Shown here piece after piece: positions 1 through 10,700 of a DNA stretch of 64,000 bases. The DNA is from Saccostrea echinata (Eukaryota), in the NCBI RefSeq assembly GCF_033153115.1, contig NW_026889778.1, positions 35,092,001-35,156,000 on the forward strand. The letters are read 5' to 3'. The translations under genes and the position numbers were made by a program. Position 1 is the stretch's first letter. Every line of letters begins with the position of its first letter. The notes under the pieces are model-generated. The model searched no databases and was not told the origin of the DNA. It saw only the letters and a program-made list of their open reading frames with translations.

Positions 1-985
1 CAGCGTCTATACATGTTGATTAAATTGTTCAACATGTCAAAGAGTAGAGGAATCCATCTGCAGTCACAAACATTTTGAATCAAATTTTGCATTAGTCATG
101 ATGGATTCCAATTTCTCATTGACTATATATTAATCCACATGAACATGATAAATAAGTAGAGTCAAGGTTCACTCGTTCAAATCTGGAGTCAGGTTTTTGC
201 ATGTTCTTTCTACTGGCTACAGGCATTTGATGCACCAGTTGCCAGCCCAATTAACCCAAAATAATCTTGCAAGGGGATAGTGATCAGTGTCTTGCTGGAG
301 ACTAGTTGGTTGATTGCAGTGAAGGTTAGGTTTGATAGCTATCATCAGAGATCCTGAAGCTCAAAAAAGGATATCTGCATGACACTGGAGCAGATCAGGT
401 CCATGGTTCAAATCCTGGTCAGATTTCAACCATTCCCCCCTTTTTGAAACCTCAAACTTTTTATGTATATAGTAATTATATATTAATGTGGGGAGAGAAG
501 TAAACAGTATAGCAGTTACAGTATTTCTTGGTGTCTGAAAGTAAAAGTTAGTATATAACCTTTGTGACTGTTCAGTCTTGAATGCATTTAATTAAGACCA
601 TTTATTAAATTCTCGTCTATATTAGATATCACTCATTTGAAAAAAAATTTTCATATACTGTTACCACACTCTGTATTCTATCCTTACCAAAATCTCATTG
701 ATGGAAAACATACAACTTATTGAATTAAAATCATATCCAATCACATTTACCATGGGGTCCCGGTTTCTAATTTATATTTGAACTTCAAACAAGGAAATTT
801 TGATATCATAATTGTTAATCATATAAAGCCAATATGGGAAAAACTTTAAAGCTTAAACACCGAGGTTATTTTATTATTCACTTTTCAACAATTATTTCAA
901 CAATTATTCACTTGCAAGAAATATCTTAGATTCACCAGAATATATCTTGCCATGCACAATTAATTTATGCCAAATTTAATGTATA

Positions 986-1461
986 CAGTAAAATTAACTT
1001 GGTTATAGCAAAGTCCTGGGGACCTGCGAATTTACTTTGCTATACCTGTAATTCATTATATCCATATAACGAATTCATATAAGTTTATATAGCGAATTCG
1101 CAATATACACGTTTTCCTTCAAGTATTACTACTGAATATGTTAGAGAAGCAATTATATAACAAAACATACCTTGGATAACTAAGGTTTTATTATGAATTG
1201 AATTGATATACAAATACTTAACTAAATTAAAGTCAGTTCAATATATCAGTTTTTAAGATCTTTGAAAATTTGTTATAAAAGATGCAAATAATATTATTTT
1301 TAACCTCTACAGGACTCAAAATCAGTTTGCTTGTAAATTTGTTATATCAGAGTTCATTATAACCGTAAAATTTTACAAAGAATTGTTAAGAATTTTGCTG
1401 GGGACTCCAAAAAACTTCACTTTTATATCCATGTTCGTACTAAATATACAGAGTTTTACTG
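986..1461. mobile_element. Tc1/mariner-pogo-type MITE
   Basis: TA|CAGTAAAA...TTTTACTG|TA termini, consistent with a TA target duplication. Confidence 0.65.
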
Positions 1462-1690
1462 TACTTAGTTTTGAAAGATTAGACAGTAGTCTTAGAGATG
1501 TATTTCAAAGTGACATATTGCAAATTTAAGTTGTCAACTTGTAAAGTTGTATATTGTGAACATGGTGAATAATGTTTTGATTATATAACAAATCAAAATT
1601 GTTCATGACCCTTGCACTTTGCTATAAATGTGTTTGACTAGTAGTAGTATTTCACAGAGGTATTCAATGCAGAGTAGTGTTCTCTTATAC

Positions 1691-1843
1691 AATAAAATGC
1701 TTTCTTTGGTTGTTAGTATGGGAATTAATGTTGCAGCTGTTGCAGAAAAAAATTAATGCATAAGCGGGTTATGTAATTTTTTTCTCTCTCCGATAGCTGC
1801 AATGTTAATTTCCATACTAAGAAACAAAGAAGGACATTCTATT
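1691..1843. repeat. Degenerate long hairpin (non-autonomous element fragment)
   Basis: ttagtatgggaattaatgttgcagct pairs with agctgcaatgttaatttccatactaa. Confidence 0.65.
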
Positions 1844-2143
1844 GATTATATTTATGTCTGTATAAATAATCATATAAAGAAGGATCAGGATTATGTACAT
1901 TAACTGTTCTATTATAAATATATAAATATAGACTGTATAGTTTGTATGTTTCATTCATGGAAGAGCCATTTAATTGATTATATTAATTTATGTCTGTAAA
2001 AATAATCATACAAAGTAGGATTAGGATTAAGCTGTACATTAAATATTGTTTTATAGATATCAATCAATCAATATATTTATTAGAGTATTATACTCTAAAA
2101 CACTAAAGTATTATAGATGTATATAATATGAACATTATTGTAG

Positions 2144-2185
2144 GTTTCATTGATGGAAGAGTCACTGCTCAAAAAATCTCTACAG
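2144..2185 (+). CDS. IL17R-like exon (VSLMEESLLKKSLQ), phase 0-0
   Basis: ttgtag acceptor, weak donor GTGGCT; phase matches the next exon. Confidence 0.5.
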
Positions 2186-5100
2186 GTGGCTTGCTTAGCA
2201 GCATTTAAGTATTAATAAATGACCATGGTTTTTCATAAGAAATAAAGGAGATAATATTCAGTGGATCTAAATATAGGATTTATTTAAGCAAGAAAGTTAA
2301 TCCTTCCCATGTAAATCTTCTAAATTATCATCACACTTTTGCATAAATACTGGAAGTTTTTAAAGGATTTTATAAGAAAAAAAAAGATTAGTATAGCTGT
2401 TTCTTTCCTGTCAAGGGAATGTTTGAATGATTTCTTTTTTATATAAATTTGCCATTTCTTTGCAGAAGGATGTTATGTGTCACATACAGCAGATGCCACC
2501 GAACTGTTTCCCTGGTTACGACAAAGATATTTGTAAGTTAATAATTAACACTCAGATTAATTTAGGGGCTAAACTCAGCATGCAAGGACTTACAGGATCA
2601 AAATTGGTATGTTTTGGTGACAATATAATTATACTGATGTTTCTGCATTTAGAAAGCAGTTAGAGAGCTGACTGAGCTCCTATGAACACTTTTGAGTACA
2701 TATATAGTTATAATTATTGGCTTGTCAGATCCATATGTTAATGTCCACCCACTTAATTCTGTTTTGTTAGTCTTTTTTTCTAAATAAAAGAAGTGTTTAT
2801 TTCTATCAACCTTATCAATATTAGGGCCCTTCATCATTTAATGGTAAAAGGATAACACACCTTAACATTTTGAGTTCATTCATATATTTATGAAAAATGT
2901 AAAACCAAAAATGTTTTAAGTCCAGGTGCTACATTTCTTTTCTTTTATTATAAATATAACCAGTAGAGCTACAGTCTCCCCAGAGACTTCCAGTTTTTTT
3001 TTATCCCTCAAAAAATGGTAATAAATTGAACCATATACTACAGTACCTTGGTTTTGAGGGGTTTGATGACATCTCATGGGGTGCAAATCATCAGATCAAC
3101 TTCAAGGATGGCATCTCATTTCATCTGAAAATTGATCTGTATGCATGTAATTGTCAACTGGATACCATTCAATACTTCAGATCAAATTACTGTAATTTGC
3201 TTCTTTTCTCATGCACTCTGAGTTTTATTGACCATACTTTATGATGAAACTTTCCTATAGATTTCGAAGTAGCACCTGAGAAGAATCACAGTTCCCTTAG
3301 AGCTATTATTTCTTTTATCTGTAATTTATTTTGGTACTAGACGTACATTATGTTGACCTGGATTTCTAAAAAAAGATAATTATAACTATATATGTACTCA
3401 AAAGTGTTTATAGGAGCTCAGTCAGCTCTCTAACTGCTTTCTAAATGCAGAAACATTAGTATAACTATATTGTCACCAAAACATCTTTGTAATGACAGAT
3501 TAAAATTCTGATTCCAAGACAAATCTTTTCACTTCTGAATTCCCAGAGTTTACTTGTCTTTGAAGTTAGATTCCATCTGCAATTTTGAAATCCAGACTGA
3601 TCAGAACAATTGGTCACAAACAATTTAAGAACCATTAAAAAATGATTTTTTTGAATTTCAATGAATTGTAGAAATTTAAAAGCAAAAAATTCTGAAGAAT
3701 ATTGTACAATTATCAAAATGGTTCTTTCAATCCATTTAAAAAATAAATGGAAACACTTTATCATGTTTACAAAATGGTATTTGGACTGATGTTTAGGGAA
3801 GGACGAACGAAAATGGCCAGGAGCAGCTCGGGACATGAGGGTTAGTGTGGACCGCCAGGAAAATGGAAACCTGATGGTGGCCAACTTCAAATGGAAGCCT
3901 CCATATGATTGTAAGTAAAAGTTATTAATACACATTAGGATGATTTTAATCAGGAGTAGGTTTATATATTTATCAGATGTAAATTGACAGTTGGAATCGG
4001 CTGGATGAGGGCTCCATGATTTTTTGGTCAGATGAATTGCTCAGATGACCTTTTGTTTGTGGATTTTAGTCATCAACTGAAGGTGAAAATTTACCCTTCA
4101 ATATTTTCAGTTTCTCTGAAGAGCCAGTTTCAAACAGTTTTGGTACATTTTTAGGTGTAAAGGATTTGGACCACCCCACCCCTAAAAATATAAAGACAAA
4201 TATATAAATATATATATATATATATATATCCAAACTTGAAACATTCACAGTGTCCGGTTTTTATATAGATAAAATTAAAAAAAGAAAGGCAACACAGGTT
4301 AAAACGTTAGCGCTTTCATTATTATCTTCAGACGTTTTACAAATACATAATAATGTTTTCCTGACTGTAATGTCTAACAAAACTATTAATACTTTAAAAA
4401 TCATTATCTATAATTGAATCTGACAGCTAGCTATAAAATGCTTGCAGTAGGTTCACACTTCTGAAACCAAATCCAACATGTGTTTATATTACTAATTGAG
4501 AACATGGGAAGGTTATACTCTGTGTGAAAGTTTTGTCAGAAATCAAATTAAATCAAACTGTTAAGACTGGGTTTAAATTTTTGAATGAAATGTTTTTCTT
4601 TTTCTCTTCTTTCAATTACATTGTCTCTAAAAAGTTTATAAAATGGAAATACTTTAAATTGTCCGTGTCCGCATATATCTATATGTTCACTGAGTTTCAT
4701 CTTGCGGTACTCGGGGACTTGAATGTGTTGTTTATGCACCCGGATTCTGGTTCTCAATGTGGTCCCCGTTTCACCGATGTAGAATTGGTTACATCCTCCG
4801 CAAGTAATAACATATATTAAATTTTTGGACTCACATGTCATGTCCGAATTATTAGAAAGAACTTGTCTAAAAGAGAGGAGAAAGCTTTAAGATCATTAGC
4901 AAGTGATGAAACTATCATCATTAAAGAAGCTGATAAAGGTGGAGCCGTGGTTATCATGGACGCTGACTTCTATGAAACAAAGATAATACAGATGCTTTCC
5001 AATACAGAATTCTACACAGAAGTTACTGAAACCCAGGATAAAAAAACCATGCAAAAAATTAAGAAATTGTTACATGAACACCCCTCAGCATTAACAGAGA

Positions 5101-7059
5101 ATGAGGAAGATTTTGTAACTGACTTTGACTATAAGGAAAGTTGTTTCTATGGACTACCTAAAATTCACAAATCAAAATTAATCAAAGAAGCTATACAAAA
5201 ACAAAATACGGAATACATTGTTTGTGAAAATCCACAGAATTTAACATTCCGACCAATTGTTGGAGGACCCGCAGCACCTACCCAACGTCTCAGCAATCTA
5301 CTAGATATAGTGTTAAAACATCTCTGCCAACACGTTAAAAGTTTTGTCCGAGATGATTTAGATTTTTTACGACATCTACCTAACCAAGTCGATTATGACA
5401 CAAAACTCGTTACTTTAGATGTAGTGAATTTATACACCAATATAACCAGTACCCTGGGAATCAAGGCTTTAAAATTCTGGATTGAAAATTACAGAAATGA
5501 AATTGACAACCGATTTACAAAGGAGTTTTTATTAGAAGCTACAGAATTAGTTTTAAAGAACAATGTGTTTACTTTCAATGAAAAATATTTTCATCAAGTG
5601 AAAGGCACAGCTATGGGTACCAAAATGGCCCCTACATACGCAACTCTCACCCTTGGATATCTAGAAGAAACACTTTATGAAAAAGCCAGTGAACAATTTG
5701 ATGAAGAATTTGGCGAATATCTTAAGAAAAACTGGAAAAGATATCTAGATGATTGTTTTATTATATGGAAAAAAGGTGATTCAGATTTGAGCATTTTAAA
5801 TGATATCTTGAATGAATTAGACCCAGATATTAAATTTACAATGGAAAAAAGTTCCACTCAACTGCCATTTTTAGATGTGTTAATCTGTAAGGAAAACAAC
5901 AAAATTTCTACAGATATATTTTACAAAAATACTGACATTCATCAGTATTTGCATTTTGGTTCTTCCCACCCACGACACATTAAAAGAGCAATCCCATACA
6001 ACCTAGCCCGAAGAATATGCACAATAGTCAGTGAGGAAGAAACCAGAAATCAACGTCTGGAGGAATTGAAAATATATCTCACATACCAACATTATCCTTT
6101 AAACTTAATTAACGACGGCATCAAGAAAGCAAAGGAACTAGATAGGCAAGAATTAATTAACCCAACTGCTAAGGATGTGGAGGAAATTAAAATATTACCA
6201 CTAGTCACAACTTACAACCCTAACAACCAAAATATTACTCCTATCGTTCAAAATCTCCATGGTATCCTCAAAACAGATGAAGAAATGTCAAGTGTTTTAT
6301 CAAAATTTAAATTTATAAACAGTAAAAGGCAGCCAAAAAACCTCAGAAGAATGCTCTGTCCTTCCAAAATAAGGAAATCTACAAAATCCGTGACGAAGTG
6401 TAAAAACCCGCGATGTGGCACATGTCCTTTTCTAAGACATGGAACGTCATTTAATTTCAGAGGAAATGATTTTTTTTATTAATTCGGACATGACATGTGA
6501 GTCCAAAAATTTAATATATGTTATTACTTGCGGAGGATGTAACCAATTCTACATCGGTGAAACGAGGACCACATTGAGAGCCAGAATCCGGGTGCATAAA
6601 CAACACATTCAAATCCCCGAGTACCGCAAGATGAAACTCAGCGAACATATAGATATATGCGGACACGGACAATTTAAAGTATTTCCATTTTATAAACTTT
6701 TTAGAGACAATGTAATTGAAAGAAGAGGAAAAGAAAAACATTTCATTCAAAAATTTAAACCCAGTCTTAACAGTTTGATTTAATTTGATTTCTGACAAAA
6801 CTTTCACACAGAGTATAACCTTCCCATGTTCTCAATTAGTAATATAAACACATGTTGGATTTGGTTTCAGAAGTGTGAACCTACTGCAAGCATTTTATAG
6901 CTAGCTGTCAGATTCAATTATAGATAATGATTTTTAAAGTATTAATAGTTTTGTTAGACATTACAGTCAAGAAAACGTTATTATGTATTTGTAAAACGTC
7001 TGAAGATAATAATGAAAGCGCTAATGTTTTAACCTGTGTTGCCTTTCTTTTTTTAATTT

Positions 7060-7103
<44 letters not shown>

Positions 7104-7711
7104 GGATCTCCCATGATTTGTAGTTGGATATGATTTTTATCCAACGAGTTGTGTGTTTTTTATCCCCGAGCCTTGGCGAGGGGATAAAAACACACAACGA
7201 GTTGGATAAAAGTCATATCCAACTACAAATCATGGGAGATTCTTTTTATCCCATGTTTAATACTTCACAACCAATGTTTTACACTGTTTTATATAGGACT
7301 CCACTTTATTTTACTTCATCGCGCTAACGCAAAAACCATTGTGACGACACAACTGTGGATTATGAAAAAATTATCTATATATATATATATATATATAAGT
7401 TTAAGAGTTGTTGTAAAATGTGCTTTATAAATAAAAATTAATTTCATTACAACGTGTATTGGTAACAATCCTCTAATAAAACTAATGTCCAAATAACTGT
7501 ATCTCACTTCCATTCTCAATGACCGTGTAGTGTAGGACAGCGCCGCGAGAATTCCATCGGCATCGAAAGCAAGTTTTTTGACTTGCCTAGATAGCCGAGC
7601 GGTCTAGCGCGCTGTTCCTGTACTGCTAGGAGACAGATTCCGAAGGTCGAGAGTTCAACCCCGGGCTGGGGCGGAAGTGGGTATACCTATAAAAGTGAAT
7701 TTCTTTGTGCT

Positions 7712-7780
<69 letters not shown>

Positions 7781-10700
7781 CTAAAGCAAAAAAATAAAAA
7801 TTTACTGCAATCCTCAAAAGATACCAGCCATCATCTATATTTTATCTTAAACATCAGAATGAGTATTACACAAAATGTGTAAATGCATAGTGTCTGTGAG
7901 CTCTCTACCAAAATCACTAATTAACCCAGGGGTCCAGGGTAAGTCATTTCATTCAAACCACTAAGACACCGAAATCGGTGGACCACAATTTTTTGAATTT
8001 GCTTGTTGACCTTTCCTTTGACCTTGACTTCACTTTTCTTAAATTTAATTTGTGTTTAGCTAAGTTTCAAAGAAAGTATTCAAGTATTTTTTTTTATCAA
8101 ACTTCATATGTTGATACATATTGGTGAAAGCTATTCAACTGCATCAACATTGTTTAACCTGTACCTTTCCTTTGACCTTGACCTCACTTTCTTAAATTTG
8201 TGATTATCTGAATTTCATAGAAACTTAGGATATTTTTTATCAAACCTCTATGCTTATATATATTGAGCTGTTCAAAAGCATCATCATTTTTTGATCTAGC
8301 CTTTCATTTGACCTAAACTCACTTTTCTTAAAATAATATAAAGCTCAGTTTCAAAGAAACTAATCAATATATTTTAATCAAACCTAATATGCTGATACAT
8401 ATTGGCGAGAGCTTTCAACTTCTTCAACATTTTTAACCTTGACCTTTCCTTTTAACCTTGACTTAAAGTATTTCTACCTAATTTTCAAAGAAAGTATTCA
8501 CAAAATATTTTATCAAACTTTATATACCTAACATATTAATGAAAGAAATTCAATGAATGGCATCAACATTTTTTACCTCAACCTTTCCTTTGTCCTTGAC
8601 TTCAAATTTGTGTTTAGCTAAATTTCAAAGAAAGTATTCAAGATATTTTTATCAAACACTATATGTTTATACATATTGATGAGAGCTATTCAATGGCACC
8701 AACATTTTTTACCTTGACCTTTCCTTTGACCCTGACTTCAAATTTGTGTGTAGCTTAACTTCAAAGAAAGTATCCAAGATATTTTTATGCCCCGCCATGA
8801 ATATGGCCGGGGCATATAGTGTTTGTCATGTCTGTCTTCCGTCCTTCTGTCCTTCCGTCCTTACGTCTGTCCTTCCGTCACACTTTGCGTTTAGCTCTGT
8901 TCAAAGCTCAGTTTCAAAGAAACTATCCAAGATATTTTTATCAAACTTCATATGCTGATAGATATTGATGAGGGCTATGCAACTGCATCAACATTTTTTG
9001 ACCTTGACCTTTCCTTTGACCTTGACCTCACTTTTCTTAAATTAGTGTTTAGCTCAGTTTTAAAGATACCATTCAAGATAGTGTAATGAAACTTCATATG
9101 TTGATACCTACTGACGTAAGCTATTCAACTGCATCAACATTTTTTGACCTTGACCTTTCTTTTGACCTTGACCTCACTTTTCTTAAATTGGTGTTTAGCT
9201 CAGTTTTAAAGATACCATTCAAGATAGTGTAATCAAACTTCATATGTAGATACATACTGATGTATGCTATTCAATTGCATCAACATTTTTTTAACCTTGA
9301 CCTTTCTTTTGACCTTGACCTCACTTTTCTTAAATTAGTGTTAAGCTCAGTTTTAAAGAAACCATTCAAGATATTTTTAACAAACTTCATATCCTGATAC
9401 ATACTGATGTAACCTTTTCAACTGCATCAACATTTTTTGACCTTGACCTTTCCTCTGACCTTGACCTCACTTTTCTTAAATTAGTGTCAAACTCCATATG
9501 CTGATACGTACCGATGAGAGCTATTCAACTGCATCAATGTTTTTTGACCTTTACCTTTCCTTTGACCTTGACTTCACTTTTCTCAATTTGTGTTAAAATG
9601 TTGCATTACTAATATACCCTCGGCGGGGCATTCATGTCCTATGGACATATTTCTAGTTTATCAAACTTTACATGCTTATACATATTGATGAGAGCTGTTC
9701 AATGGCATCAACATTTTTTACCTTTGACCTCATCATTTACCTTTGACCTCAATTTTCTCAAAATTGTGTTTAGCTAAGTTCAAAGAAACTATTCCAGATA
9801 TTTTTTATGAAGGTTTATGCACCGATACATTATTTAGTGAGAATTTATCAAATGTTCCAATTTACCTTGACCTTCTCAATAACCTTTGACTTTACTATTT
9901 ATTGTGTATTAAACTAAGTCTTAAAAAACTTTTCAAGGTATTTTCATCTAACTTCATACACTTATAAAAATGTTCGTGTTGCATGAACCCTGGGCAGGAC
10001 ATTCATGTCCTATGGACATATTTCTAGTTATGCAAGACTATTTGCTCACTAAAATTTCATTCTAACATATATTTGTGTTATTAAGGTTTATATACAGTCC
10101 CTGAAACAGTCTACTTTTCCACTTGAATGGTAAGCGAATGGTGAAAGAATGATGAACTAACGGTGAACAAATGCAGAGTGAACGGAAAAACGGGAAAGTA
10201 GAACGTTTCAGGGACTGTAGTATATTACATCAATATCAAATTTTTTTTTTTGCATTTATAAATGCCAAATGTGAGCATCTTGCAAATTTAAGATGTCTTG
10301 GAAATTTTGGTGATCTACAGTTTTAACTAAGATCGGACTTGACTAGTAAATTCCTGAAGATATTATATTTTATTTTTTTAGAAGCACAACTCATGAAATA
10401 AAATTCTTCGCTTTTATTCTTTATATATTTAAAATGCATGATTTGTGTAAACTTTTTATCAAAAGCCAACTTATTCATGTTCTCACAATTTGATGCCTAT
10501 GAGTCATTAATATTAAAAACTATTTTTTATCGTGGCAGATGTACATCTCTTATTAGATTGACAATTTTTGAGACCACCTGTAGTAGGTGATTTAAGTCCA
10601 GCTTTGATGTTGATGCATAAAAAGCAATGTGATTTTATATATGGAAATAGTAATTATTTTTGGTGATTGATTATATTTATAATAATGGATTTATTTATAT

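Larger units (their letters stand above)
4268..7060 (+). mobile_element. Penelope-like retroelement (Neptune-type), 5'-truncated, with an inverted copy of its 3' end
   Basis: RT ORF, Cys-rich linker (KCKNPRCGTCP) and C-terminal GIY-YIG endonuclease. 4268-4851 is the reverse complement of ~6480-7060. The element ends at (CT)n(AT)n microsatellite. Confidence 0.92.

Noticed and set aside
3465-3935. 156-aa minus-strand ORF
   Set aside because: Antisense to the real exon 3797-3910; composition looks like translated AT-rich intron
4863-6482. Telomerase, retron or domesticated RT gene
   Set aside because: DKG motif, GIY-YIG domain, 5' truncation, inverted arm and microsatellite flank all indicate an ordinary PLE insertion; the ORF start is TTG at the truncation junction
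4524-6807. 98-aa ORFs 4524-4820 (+) and 6511-6807 (-) as an antisense protein
   Set aside because: They are shadow frames of the endonuclease domain, seen twice only because of the inverted duplication
7585-7672. Functional tRNA gene
   Set aside because: A box is good but the acceptor and T stems do not pair properly; the same applies to the SINE heads
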